Below, piece after piece: positions 38,366 through 51,136 of a stretch of DNA of 64,000 bases (the first letter of the stretch is position 1; the number at the start of each line of letters is the position of its first letter). Below the pieces are notes generated by a model that saw only the letters and a program-made list of their open reading frames with translations, was not told the origin of the DNA and made no database searches. Both the position numbers and the translations under genes were made by a program. Source of the stretch: Takakia lepidozioides (lineage: Eukaryota; Plantae; Bryophyta); the NCBI GenBank assembly GCA_030704615.1, contig CM060731.1, forward strand, positions 70,432,001 to 70,496,000, written 5' to 3'.

Positions 38366-40589
38366 TGAATTATTCAAGTAAGCTAATTGGGTGAATGCAA
38401 CTCACATGTATGCTGAGTGCAGGAGCCTCGTGGATGTAGTAGGAAGCAACAGCAGCAATTGCACACTTGATAAAATCGGGTATCCTCATCTTCAATACAT
38501 TTTAGCCTGTTTTGTTCTCTTTTCAGAGTAGTCCCTATTTGTCCAGCGAAGGGGAGGATGTATATGGATTATGGGTGTTGTGGTAGGGATAGCTAAAGGG
38601 GCACACAAAGTAGGGCTGGTTCTGTTTTCAGTGCACATGGTGCTACTTACAAAAATATTCGATCAGAAATACAGGGTGATGAACTTGTGCCCTTAGATTG
38701 TGTTTTGAGGAGTTAGATTCTGGGACAACAGCGCTATTTTGTAAATCTGACTGGCAGTTGTTTAAGAAAATCTTTTTTTACATCTGCTGTTGGCTTCAGT
38801 GTCTCTATTATGTCCTTTGCACTTTGTCACTTTGTTCTTTCTTGTGAATGATTTTCCAAATAATATTAAAAACCAAATTCTCAAACAACTAATTTGATGC
38901 CACGCGTCCAACCCAACAAACCACTTTACAGTAGACACCATGACTACACAACATCGCATCATACATTGACACGTGTCATATCCTTGGAAAAACACATGGC
39001 AACGAGCTCCTACAGGCATAGTCATGGGAATGACTTTAAATACATTTAAAATTTAAAATAAACTAATCATATGATGCCACGGGTCCAGATATCAACATGT
39101 TGGTAGTCAAGATAATGACTGCAAGGCCTCCTCATACTATGCCACGCGTCAATTTTTGGAGATGTCATATGACGCATATCCACAAAAACCTCCTGGACTT
39201 ATTAAAAAGAAACACGTGTACAGTTTGCAGTAGCACACTAAGTCATGTATGGTAGAAGTACATATGACTGCCAAATGACAGTGAGATGTATCACTTGGTT
39301 CATCTTACTGCAATCATACGTGACCGACCATCATGTACTCATTGTATTCACTTGGTTTGCACGACATAAAGTCATTGCAGTCATATGTACCGTTTATGAC
39401 TACGAGATAGTCATATATACCACGATCTGTTGTAGTGTCTGCATCAACTCTCACGACATCCTTACTGGCTTCTATCTTCTCTATTTCTAAGGCTGAAAGA
39501 AACCCATGTGATTGCTTCTTCTCCGCCTCGCAAATTGTCAAGTATCCTTGCCACTCCTTAATGGCGTTCTCTGTGTACGTTTTGCCAGACTGTCTCGGCC
39601 GCATTGCTCCTACCTTCGTCTTTGGCCTGCTGAGATCTTCTTGGTCACTTAGCGTTTCCTCGTCTGAAATGTCACAGTCAATGGTGCTTTTTATCTCTCC
39701 CCCCCAGGGCTTTGGTACTTTGAAGTCTTCGCAACGTGTGCCTGTTTGTCCATTCAGCTAGAACGGCCCAGATCACAATGCGACCTTTCATTTCACAAAT
39801 AATGCCTTTTGCGATGGCTTTGTTTATCATATGATGAACAGGAACATCAGTGCGTTGGTGTGCGATCATATAAATCCGCTCTACTCTTGCAATAAGTCCA
39901 GAATCTGATGGATTAAACAAGTAGCTGTAACCATTCTTGTTGAGCAAAGGCCCAAATAGTCTAGCCACCTCTTCTTCACTGCAGTCTCTATCTATTTTGA
40001 GTCTCCTAGGGGCTACACTCTCATTGCAAATACCATATGCATCAGCAAATGCCTTCCGGAACACTGGAGTTTTTCATCAAAGAATAGAGTTGGAAGCGCT
40101 GCGTGTAACGGTGGTACATAGAGCGAAGCAAGACCCTCTAGCTTCACCTTCACCCGTTTTTCACTCTTGATCTCTCTAGTCTGCCCAGTAACAATGCTGC
40201 ATGGTGCTGTCGACATTTTCAAAATGATCGCACTGACTGAACGTTTACTTAATCTATATTAGGCTAACAATTTACACTAAGCTCACAAGCTTCAGTACGA
40301 TCTGAACCAGCTTACACGAATTATGCCCAGCTTACACGGATCTCAGGTAGAAGATATCAGGTTCGCCATGACAGAAAATCAACTAAGTACAAAGACATAC
40401 CATGCTAACATCAATTCTGAGAATCTCCCTTACAAAGTATTAGCAAATGAATTCTCATCATGGGTTCTGGCTAACCCTAACTTTGTGTTGAACTTCGTGT
40501 TGACCATCGAGAAGAAGAATGTTGGCATATGTGATATCATGTCATGAAAAGAATTGAAATTTAATATAAAAAAAAACGATAAAATTCAC

Positions 40590-43280
40590 AAATTCAGGAC
40601 CACCACCTATGGTCATCCCGTATTTAAAAAAAAATCAGAAACTAAAAAATTGGACCGCCACCTATGGTGGCCCCGAGTTTAAGTTAATTAAAAAAAAAAA
40701 AAAAAAAAAAAACGGTGTCCACCTTCGCACCGGAAGGCAGTAGCTCTATGGGGTCAAGTGTTACGCTTGCTTTGGCAATGCGTCCCCCTTAAAAAAAATA
40801 AAAATAAAAAATCGGGACCATCACCTCTAGCTGTCCCGAATTTAATAAAAACATTATAAAATCAGGACCGCCAGAATAAAAATATTTTAAAAATTAAAAT
40901 TTTTGGGACCGTTATTTTTGGCGGTCTCGAATTAGATATAGATATATAGATATATATATATATATATATTAGAATTCCAACACGCATGGATGGATTCATG
41001 GAAATTCCAATACGCATGGATTCTATTTTTTTTAATATTTATATTAAATTCCAACAAAAGTGGTGGTCTCGATTTTTATATATATAAACACGCATGGATT
41101 GGAATCCATGCGTGTTGGAATTCCATGCATGGATTCATCGATCCATGTGTGGGATCCATGGAATTCCAACACATATTCGCCACGCACGGATCCAACTCTA
41201 TTTTTGCACCTCGTGGTTCATGAACTCGTACTGTTCCTTGAGTTACACCGCAGCAGAATCCACTTGCACAAGTGGTCTTGAGAGTGTTGCCCTGCACATA
41301 AATCCCATGCCTCACATGTAGTCCTCCGTTAAGATGATGCTGCTGAAGAGGAACAAAAGGTGGATCCTCAAGTCTTGGAGCCGCTACCACATGAGTTATG
41401 GCTAGCTGCTGAAGCTGGTTGGCCATGCCATGGTCAACGTCCTGACCTCCACGTCCTTGACCATGCTGTGGTTGCCCTCGTCCTACACTTCGTGCCTAAT
41501 CACCTCGTCCTCTCTGGGCTGTAGCACCTCGCCCCCGGCCACCATTGTTTCCTTGGTGTTGGCCTGGATGCACCTCATGATGAAGATTGTAGTAATGGCC
41601 CATGTCATGACCATACTTGCCACAATGGTTGCATTGCAATTGCGTAGGTTGAGCTTGTGTCTACCTCTTGTCTTTATCTGGGCAATCATTCTTGACATGG
41701 GGTCCTCCACATATTCAACACACCACCCTTGGTTGTTGTTGGCTTGCAAAAGAAGCTACTGACCTCTACATCTAAGGTCCCTTGTAAGCTCCATGAAATT
41801 TGGTGGGGCAACCTTGCCCCCCTCACCACACTGCGGTACAGTGTGCTGCGTTTGTTGATTGACAGACATACCCTGTTCATGTCCTTGCCAAATCCAATGG
41901 TCACTAGGGTAAGTGCAAGTTACAGTGGCTAAAAAGCGGCAGATGTGCCACTCCACGAGAGGGCGGGCCTCGCGCGATCTGCGTCTGTTTCTATTGGTGC
42001 AGAAAAAAAAAATTAAAATTTGAAAATCGTTGCGCCAAAGGTATGAGGTTACCCGGTCATTGAGACTATTTAATAGAGACTTCCAACGTGTCTTCGCTAA
42101 GAGGTCATGATCGAGACCTTCCCAGCGTGTCAGTGACTTTCTCTCCCGCTTCTACATACCAATGCAAATGTTAGAACAGATATCCAGTGGTATCACTTTG
42201 CAAAATGTAGATGACCTGCAATAGGAATGCGCTATCTGGAGGTAGAGGTAGAGAACTATACTGAAAAGAATCTGGAGTTGAGAGATAGTTACAGAGGGGT
42301 ATTGGCGCAACATTCTCTTCGACCTTTCGGTAGAGTTATGTGAGCAACAATCCAACTGTATACTCCCTCATACGTGCTATGGAAGCCTGGCTATTATTGT
42401 CGATGTCGCCGCTTCCGCTGTTCCTATTAAGGATTATCTGTATGCCCGCCGCCAAGATATGAACTTTGTCTTTTCTTCTCTATTAGTAATAAAATATTAT
42501 AGTACTACTATGTACAATTTCTGGCCACAAGTATGTACGTACGAATGAACGACACAACGGTCTTCATTAGCTGCGTACTTCTCTTATGATCTGCTGAACT
42601 TCCTGTAGTTGTGGATGGATTGATCAATACTGTCATGATTCCTTGCTACAGTGTTCGCAGTATCTTACTAGCGATGGAATGAGTTTCTGTTCTCTTGCAT
42701 CCATGTCTTCATCTTCATTTCTTGAAACGCATAGGTTGATGGTCTCGAGGTTTTTTAAAATGTTAAATTTTTTATTAAATTCGGGACCGTCATAGCTGGC
42801 AGTCCCGATATTTACACTTTTATTTATTTATTAATTAAATGTGGGACGGCCAGAGCTGACGGTTCGATTTTTTTAAATTTATAAATATTTCTATTAAATG
42901 TGGGACCGCCAGCTCTGGCGGTCCGGATTTGTTATTTTTTATATTTTTCATGAAATTCGGGACTACCAGAGTTGGTGGTCACGATTGTTTTTAAAAAATT
43001 AAATAAGAGACCGCCAAAGCTGGGAGTCCATGATTTTTTTAGTTTTTTTCATTAAATTCGAGACCGCTCAATCTTAATTTTTGATCATTTTAAATTAAAT
43101 TTGGGATCGCGATCCTGATTATTATTATTTTATTAAATTCGGGAATGACAGACCTAACATTCCCAATTTTTATTTTATTTTATTAAATAAAATTAAGACT
43201 GCTAGCAGCTAACGTTCCCGGTTTTATCCGAAATAAAGAAAAGAAAATCGGGACTGCCAAAACTGGCGCCCCGAATTTAT
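40590..43280. repeat. Two arrays of CGGGACCGCC...GGCGGTCCCG palindromic units in AT-rich spacers
   Basis: About 6 units at 40590-40930 and about 10 at 42780-43280; look like TE subterminal repeats. Confidence 0.6.
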
Positions 43281-43907
43281 TAAATAATTCAGTGTGAAAT
43301 TCACCGCTGCCTAGTTTGTGCCCATATCACCAAGTATTTCTCAATGCGAAATTCACTGCCACCACTACAAGTTTAGGGTTTTTGGCTACACTACTAAAGG
43401 TTTCACCTCACTGAATTGGCGCAAATGTACTCTACAAATGCACAAGTCCTCTATACCCGCTTATGGTTTTATTCCGTTTTGAAAACATAAAACTCCCATG
43501 ACCGTGGGTTGTGCTCACGTGAGCATGCACACGTTTTGCTTACATGATACCAACCCCTTTGATACCTAGTATCCGCTAGAAGACAATAGACCTTTGCATC
43601 AAGAGACATTATAATTTACACTTCCTTGGGGAGGCGTTATATATTGTTTTGTTTGACATGACCTGCCACCTACATTTTTGGAGGACCCGACTTGAGCTGG
43701 AACTGGTTGGCACGTACTCGGCCTAAGTTGGAAGTAGGCGGGCAATTTCTCTGAGTACCTTGGAACCTTACTCCAACATTGAAAATCAACCGGTATCGAC
43801 TTCTGACCAAGACCTTGAAAGTTTACTACTGTTGAGCTCTATTCCTGGAACGTGATTATAAACTATAGTACGAAATTCATGCCTGAGATAAAAGCCTCTC
43901 ATTTTTT

Positions 43908-44483
43908 AATAATAGGGTCATGAATGCACGAGCGGGTCCCGCCAATACGACCCTTGGGGTGAGTTCGTAAGCCCACCGCCCATTCACCGGGTTGGAGAGA
44001 TTCTGAAATTTTTCTAAGTCCTTGTTCATCTATCGTGGCGGACCTTCTAGCGGACAGGCAGGCAGACCCTCCAGACCGATGAAGCACCTCTCCAGCAGAC
44101 TGGGCAGACCCCCCTCCAGCAGACCGGCAGACCCTTCGACAAAATACACACTTAATAACACACATTACTGCCACAGTATAACTTGACAAGTTTTGGACAC
44201 CAAACCTCGTATTTATCATTCATTGCTCTTAACCACCACACTATCCATAGCTTTCTACAAACTTTTGCAATAACTAATGCTTTATGTGCATATTGTGGCC
44301 CCTAGCACACTAGCTCATATGTTTTGTGGGCCCAGCAGACCAGCTTGCCAGCTTGCCGGGTAGACCCACCAGACTGGCGGGGATTGGCGGGGTCCGGGTA
44401 GAGGCCCTCCCACCCTCCGTAACCCCCTTTGCTACACGCGGGCCCCGCAGTAGCCACGCGCGGGCATTCATGACCCTATTATT
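43908..44483. mobile_element. MITE-like element
   Basis: Perfect terminal inverted repeat AATAATAGGGTCATGAATGC / GCATTCATGACCCTATTATT; internal GCAGACCC repeats; no clear TSD. Confidence 0.7.
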
Positions 44484-46679
44484 GTTAAATGAGAAGCGCG
44501 ATAAAATTGGGCCATGAAAAGAATATGTATAAATTTTAGAGATTTTGGGATATTCTATGGGACAATCCAAACTTTTTGAATCATGCACTATTCAAGTAAG
44601 CATTCAAGTAAGCATCACTATACTTGAGCAAACACGCCAAATTCATTGGCTCCTCTTTATTCTAAAGAAGAGATTACCCATTAGTGTCAAAATATGGCTA
44701 AGCCTTTGTTGTGCCTTCCCCAGCCTCTCCTTTGCTGAAAACTACTTCTTGATTTGCCTTCTCTAGGTAACACCTCCCTCAGGTAACATCTTATTGAACA
44801 ATTTATGAAAAATAAATGGATGAATTTTCAAATTTATTATGGATGAAAGTATAATCAACTTGTATTGATAACCGTTATATGGGACATGGTCGTCTTCCGC
44901 TTGGATAACCGACATATTGATAATCGGAACACGTCCTTTGGGGACCCTTCTATTAATAACCTTTAACCGGGCAATTTTTCACACCCCTACATTATGTATA
45001 ACCACCTCTATACCACTTTAAACGAAGTAGCCTTTACCTTCAATATGCCCAAGATGTAATACCCGCCCCCACCCCACTGACAAAGACAAGCTGCATATTT
45101 TTCATTCTTATTTGGCTAGAGATCAATCATAACAAGAGAGAGATGATGTCCAGAGAAGTTGGCATAAATAAGAGTCTCTTCCTCTTGTGGCTACTGGTCA
45201 GCTCCTTCTTTGGGGTGGGCTCTATCAATCATGACAAGAAATAGATTAGTGATCTAGACCAATTGGTGAGGGGTGAAGATAATGGAAAGACCTTGAACCA
45301 ATAGGATGTCTGGGCAGAAGCGTGCTAGATATTGGCATGGGTTGAATGCACGCAAGCAACAGCTTGAGGCAAGATGTGATATGTAAGATTTTGGCATGTA
45401 TCCAATGCTTTGGTTACGTCTACCAGCCTCAGGATCATGCAAACTGAATGAGAGAGGAGATATGTCACCTGAGATGGCATTATTGTTAGGGTAGACAGAG
45501 GTGCAAAAGCAAACGTAACTTATGGTGTCACTTCGCAAGCTAAGGGCCTTAAAAAGGGAAGTGCCTTATATTTGGCATGGCATTGGGCACCTTCTAACAG
45601 CCTTTAAACCGGGGGACAACGGAGATGTTCAACCCTTCTCATAGGACTCCAAAAATCCCCGTATCCACACATTAAGTAATCGGTTGAATCAATTACCCCA
45701 CTATTTCTTGCTGGCCATGGGTGACATCTAATATACATCTATGTGGCTTACCACTTAAGGTGACATTGTGCCCTTTTTCCGTTAGGGTACTCCGTGACGC
45801 TTAGTCCAAAATAAGTCACACCAAAGTTAATTGCCCATGAATTGTCATGTTTCAATCACAACATTTGTTGGCTCTCATAGGTGTAGAGAGAGACTACTTC
45901 AAGTGAACGGAGAAAATGTGGTCAAAGGACCTTACACCGTGTCAAGGCTCCCATTGGTGTGTTGTGCTAAGTCATGCCCCTTACTCTCCCCTTCGTCTTA
46001 TGTTTTGCCAAAGCAAGAGAGCCGATCGCCGTTTTAGGCTTGTTTGATTTGAGCTCTAGTGATAATTTGGAGTCCAAAATGATTTGGACCAACTATGGTG
46101 GAAGAGAGGGGAAGAGTGGATGCATTTTTGAATATATTCATCTGTGTCTGTGCAAGAGGCCTGCATTTGTTTAGTTTAAGGAACAAACAGGTCATGGATA
46201 AAAGCAATTTCTATGTTTGTTGACTTGAGGATATCCAAACCGTACAGTATGAGAATGTGGATTAGAAATGTGGATTGGAACGGACATGGGGGCCATGTCC
46301 CAATTTGTGCAAGTTTTCCACCTCCTCGTTGCGACTAATATCCATATGGGAGTGGACTTTGTGGGGATAGATGTTGCCCCTGAATACGTCTAGGAAGGCT
46401 TTGATGATGATTCCATTGCGAGGATGGGAAAGATGTCAAATTACAGTCAACCCATCATAATTTACACCCGATACTCGCTTTCCCAATGGAAGGCAATAGC
46501 CCGGGTGGAATGAATTGACACTATGATTTACACTTGCTTGCACGGCAAATCCACAATTGTTTGAGCTGTCCTGGATAGTGCCTCTTTGATTGTGCCCAAA
46601 AAGCTCCACAAAGAGTCACCAAACACCGTCCCCCAGAACAATCTTTCAGACTAGCTGATTGTCATCCAACAAAGTAAGG

Positions 46680-46916
46680 TTCGTGAAGTTGCAGATAGGC
46701 ACTAGGAGGTGGGTTGTTTGCTGATGCACCAAAAGAATGGTAAGCTTCCCATTGTGGGAGCAAACACTAATACTCCTGCTGCTGCTCCACTGCATCGAGC
46801 AAAGAGTATGTCAGGCAAGTCACTTGCCTCATCTGCCCAGGTGATACTCTCTTTCAGCTCAGTATGGAATTTGTGGGAGTAGTTTCTCCTCTACACAGAC
46901 TGTAAGCTTGTCAACC
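46680..46916 (-). pseudogene. Decayed E+/DYW tail of PPR gene 2
   Basis: Out-of-frame remnants VRKLRKMMSGRG..CIEVDK (overlapping the ORF end), HTELK, CSHNGKLTI (HSEKLAI-like) and PICNFTNL (PIRIFKNL-like). Confidence 0.7.
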
Positions 46917-49900
46917 TCAATGCAGCTGTGCACCCTGGGTCCCTTCGGACCCCTGCCCGACATCATTTTTCTTAATTTTCTCACTTCCCTGCCGCAACCT
47001 GAAAAGGCGTTTTGCTGCAAGTTCAGCTAGCTCCATATTGCCATGAACTCTGGAGGCACCAAGCAAGGCTCTCCACACGCCAGCATCTGGTTTGAGTGGC
47101 ATTTGGTTAATGAACTCTTGTGCCTCTTTCAGATTCCCTGCTCGGCCAAGAAGGTCCACCATGCAGCTGAAATGCTCCACGGTGGGAGTGAGGCCGTGAT
47201 CTTGATTCATGGAATCAAAGTAGCGACGGCCTTCATCCACTAGGCCCACTTGCCGGCATGCAGAGAGCAGACATATAAAGGTGACACTGTCTGGCTTCAC
47301 GCCCTCCAGTTGCATTTCTTCAAAGACTTGCAGGGCCTCTCTACCACACCCATGTCCAGCATATCCTGTGATCATGGCATTCCATGAGACTACATTTCGT
47401 TGGGACATCTTGTCGAATACTTGATATGCATCAGTTAGACTCCCGCATTTGGCATACATGTTAACAAGGGCAGTCTCCAGACTGATATCTGGCGCAATTC
47501 CGGCTTGGAAGATATTAGCATGGACTTCTTTTCCCATTTCAAGATCTGCCAGGCTGCTACAAGCATGGAGAACGCAAATGAATGTGATGCTATTGGGCCT
47601 TACCCCTTCCCGCTGCATTTGCTCATACATCTGGAAAGCCTCCCTACCACACCCTTGCTGAGCATATCCAGTGATCATGGCATTCCATGAGACCACATTT
47701 CGTTCAGCCATACTCTCAAAAACTTCACGAGCAACCGTTACCCTCCCACATTTCGCATACATATCAGCAAGGGCAGTCTCCAGAATTATATCTGGCAAAA
47801 ATCCAGCTTTGAGGATATCATCACGGACCTTTTCACCCGTTTTGAGGACTCCGAGGCTAGCACATGCACGGAGCACACAAATAAACGTGACCCTATCGGG
47901 TGTTATCCCTTCCCCTTGCATTTCCTCATACATTTCGAGAGCTTCTCCACTGCACCCGTGCTGAACATACCTTGAGATCATGGCGTTCCAAGAGACCACA
48001 TTTTGTTGCACCATAGTATCGAAGACTTGACGTGCATCCTTTACACTCCCACATTTGGCATACATATCAGCAAGGGCAGTCAGTAGGTTGATATCTGGCA
48101 CAGTTCCAGATTTGATAATGTCAGCATGGACCTCTTTGCCCTTTTCCAGGGCTCCCGGGCTGGCACACGCACTGAGAACACAAATGAATGTGACCTTGTC
48201 AGGTGATACCTCTTCCTGTATCATATCCTTATACATCCCAAAAGCCTCACTATCATACCCATGCTGAGCATATCCTCCAATCATGATGCTCCACGAAACT
48301 ACATCTCGTTGAGCCATACTGTCAAACACTTGATGTGCATCCTTCATGCTCCCACATTTGGCATACATGTTAACAAGTGCATTTTCCAGATTGATATATG
48401 GTGTCAGTCTAGCCTTGATGATGTCCACATGGACATCTTTACCCTTTTCCAGGGCTCCCAGGCTTGCACACGCATTCAGAACAAAAATGAATGTGACCCT
48501 GTCTGGCATCACTCCTTCCCCTATCATTTGTTCATACATCTCAAGAGCCTCTTCTCCACAACCATGCCGAGTATTACCTGCAATCATAGCGTTCCAGGTG
48601 AACACACTTCGTTTTGCCATATTGTCAAACAACTGACGAGCATCTTTTATGCTCCCACATTTGGCATACATGTCCACAAGGGTATTTTCCAGAAGAAGGT
48701 CTGGCACAACTCCAGATCTCATGATTTCCATGTGGACCTCTCTGCCTTTTTCCAGGGCTCCTAGGCTGGCACATGCCTGGAGAATGCAAATGAATGTGAC
48801 CCTGTTGGGGGTTACCCCTTCCTGCAACATTTGCTCATACATCTTGAAAGCCTCTCTACCACACCCATGCTGAGCATATCCTGCGATCATTGCACTCCAT
48901 GAGACTACATTCCGTTCAGCCATGTTGTTAAACACTTCATTTGCATCCTTTATGCTCCCACATTTGGTATACATGTCAGCAAGGGCAGTTGCCAGAATGA
49001 TATCTGGCACAATTCCAGCTTTAACAATGTCAGCATGGACCTCCTTGCCCTTTTCCATGACTCCTAGGCTGGCACATGCATTGAGAATGCTAATGAAGGT
49101 GACCCTGTCGGGTGTCAACCCTTCCCATTGCATTTGCTCATAGAGCTCAAAAGCCTCCTGACCACACCCGTGCTTGGCATATCCTGCTATCATTATACTC
49201 CACGTAAACAAAGTTCGTTCACGCATTCTGTCAAACACCTCGCGTGCCCCCACCACGCTCCCGCACTTGGCATACATGTTGATAAGGGTATTGAGAAGAA
49301 CGATGCTGGGCTTGAATCCATTTAGAAGAATGTGGGCATGCACCTCCTTCCCTGCTACCAAGTCTTTGGTTTTGATGGACTCCTGCAAGAGACAGAGATA
49401 AGTATTGGAGTCTGTTGAAATACCACGTTGGTTCAAAATTTGCAGCGCCTCTTTCAGTTGTCCTGCCTTACAGAGTGTCCTCATATTTCGAGAGGAGTTC
49501 GCATTGACATTGTCTCTTGGACCCCTTTGGAAAGAAGTGGTGACCATGGAGGAGGTCCCTGTTTCCAGAAATTGTTCTTGATTTATCTGTGCTTTCCTGC
49601 ATGACTGGGAACTCAAAGTTACAAACAATTACACCCAAGCCATCTAAGATCTCTTCATGGGGACGGGCTCCGTGCTGAACTTAATACAGTTACAGAACCC
49701 ATCTCCTTTGAGAATCAAGAGTACCCCTTCTAGTGTGAGTTGAAAACCCTTAAAGCGTCATCAAGACAATACCTGCTGCGTTCTCCACGTGGAGCTTCAT
49801 AGCGTACATCTAAATTCGGACCATCAACAGACTGTGCTTGACCGTCTATCATTGCAGATAGCTCTGCTTTTACCCAAGGAGGGTTTGACACACGGTCAAT

Positions 49901-50346
49901 CCAAAGGACCTCGTTTGTGCGCTTGTGTCTGCAGTCTGGCAACCTTGGACTTTTCTGCAAAAACCACCAGGCAGCTGAGAAGCCATAGCTTCAACCAGAG
50001 CCTTGCAAAAACCAGGTTACAACCACCAAAGCTCCACAGATCTTTTGGATACAAGGGGCCAACCTTGAACAGTATACTTTCAAACAACCTTCTCATAGTA
50101 ACAGTAAGAGCTTCTTTTGCTATTTTGCAAGGAAGCGTAAAATTGCCATTAATAGATTCCGAATAAAATCATTTCAAGGGAAGACCATCATCCTGTTTTA
50201 GTCACAGCTCCCTGCTTGAGAAGGTGTTTTGAAATCATAGATAATGATAGCCTCACCTTTTCAAAGCTTTTGTCCCACCACTGTGATGGATCAGAGAAGA
50301 ACTCCTGCCAAAGCTGGTCTTTACTAGCTTGACCTGTGTGCAAGAA
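46917..50346 (-). CDS. PDF-motif + PLS-class PPR protein ending in E1 (gene 2); 5' end undefined
   Basis: Predicted exons 50346-50257 (90 bp), 49954-49773 (182 bp), 49596-46917; intron positions and phases identical to gene 1. PDF motif LWQEFFSDPSQWWDKSFEK|KSPRLPDCRHKRTNEVLWIDRVSNPPWVKAEL. About 23 PPR motifs plus E1. Confidence 0.88.
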
Positions 50347-50802
50347 CTGGAAATAAATGAGAATCTTGCCAGCTTCCTATGGCCTCAGGCTCTATAAGTG
50401 CTAAAACATTGATCTCTACCAGCTCCTAATTGACCTGGATCAAATTGAGGAAAGCTAGTGTAGGCTTTCCATAGAATTAGCCTCTCCCTCTCTCACAGGG
50501 AGCCTCTGTGCCACAGTTGAGTAGTTCTCTGGTCTCTGTTGTTCTGGATTTCTTTGTTGCTATACTTGTGTCTTCGGGCCCTTTGGGCTCCAGACAGTAA
50601 TATTTTTCCCTCTTTTCCTTTTTGTGTGGGATGCCTCTGCCTATCTGATTGGCAGTGCAATCACAGTAGCATACATCACATCTTTATCTGAATGGAGGCT
50701 AGAGCAGCAGTGCTGGGATCAGTATAGTGTTTGCTAGCATGATGTTTACACCGGCCCTTTCCATTGATACTGAATTCCATCTGTTGACGATGGAGGATTG
50801 AA

Positions 50803-51136
50803 CTAGCATGGATATGATCTGAAATTCCAGAGTAGTTCCAGGTTTGAGCACTAAGAACCAGGGACTGATGGTACTTGTAAGCTAGACTAAGGGCGTTACC
50901 ACACGAGCGGTAGTGAGCACTAGCATGGATATGATCTGAAATTCCAGAGTAGTTCCAGGTTTGAGCACTACGAACCAGGGACTGATGGTACTTGTAAGCT
51001 AGACTAAGGGCGTTACCACACGAGCGGTAGTGAGCACTAACATGAGGAGATGGAGGATTAAACTAGCATGGATATGTTCTGAAATTCCAGATTAGTTCCA
51101 GGTTTGAGCACTAAGAACCAGGGACTGATGGTACTG
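50803..51136 (+). repeat. 117-bp tandem repeat, about 2.6 copies
   Basis: CTAGCATGGATATG.TCTGAAATTCCAGA... at 50803, 50920 and 51063. Confidence 0.9.

Larger units (their letters stand above)
33354..39437. mobile_element. Non-autonomous CACTA element with captured PPR, PDF and LINE fragments (Pack-CACTA 2)
   Basis: TIRs CACTATAACAGAACGCGGTATATCTGACT versus reverse complement of right end CACTACAACAGATCGTGGTATATATGACT (25/29); TSD TCT at 33351-33353 and 39438-39440; ATGACT subterminal repeats. Confidence 0.9.
32930..40230 (-). mobile_element. Decayed ORF of a probable host transposon, split by Pack-CACTA 2
   Basis: ORF pieces 39678-40064 and 39314-39604. Removing 33354-39437 plus one TSD restores the frame ...KDVVRVDA-EAQVHKDLCTSAILKLDEL.... 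TE status inferred from nearby CGGGACCGCC repeat arrays. Confidence 0.5.

Noticed and set aside
43363-43390. CACTACAAG as the start of a third CACTA element
   Set aside because: No matching inverted end or TSD found in the window.
50377-50409. Three in-frame TAG codons read as U-to-C editing sites
   Set aside because: Such editing is organellar and this is a nuclear locus; an intronic explanation is simpler.
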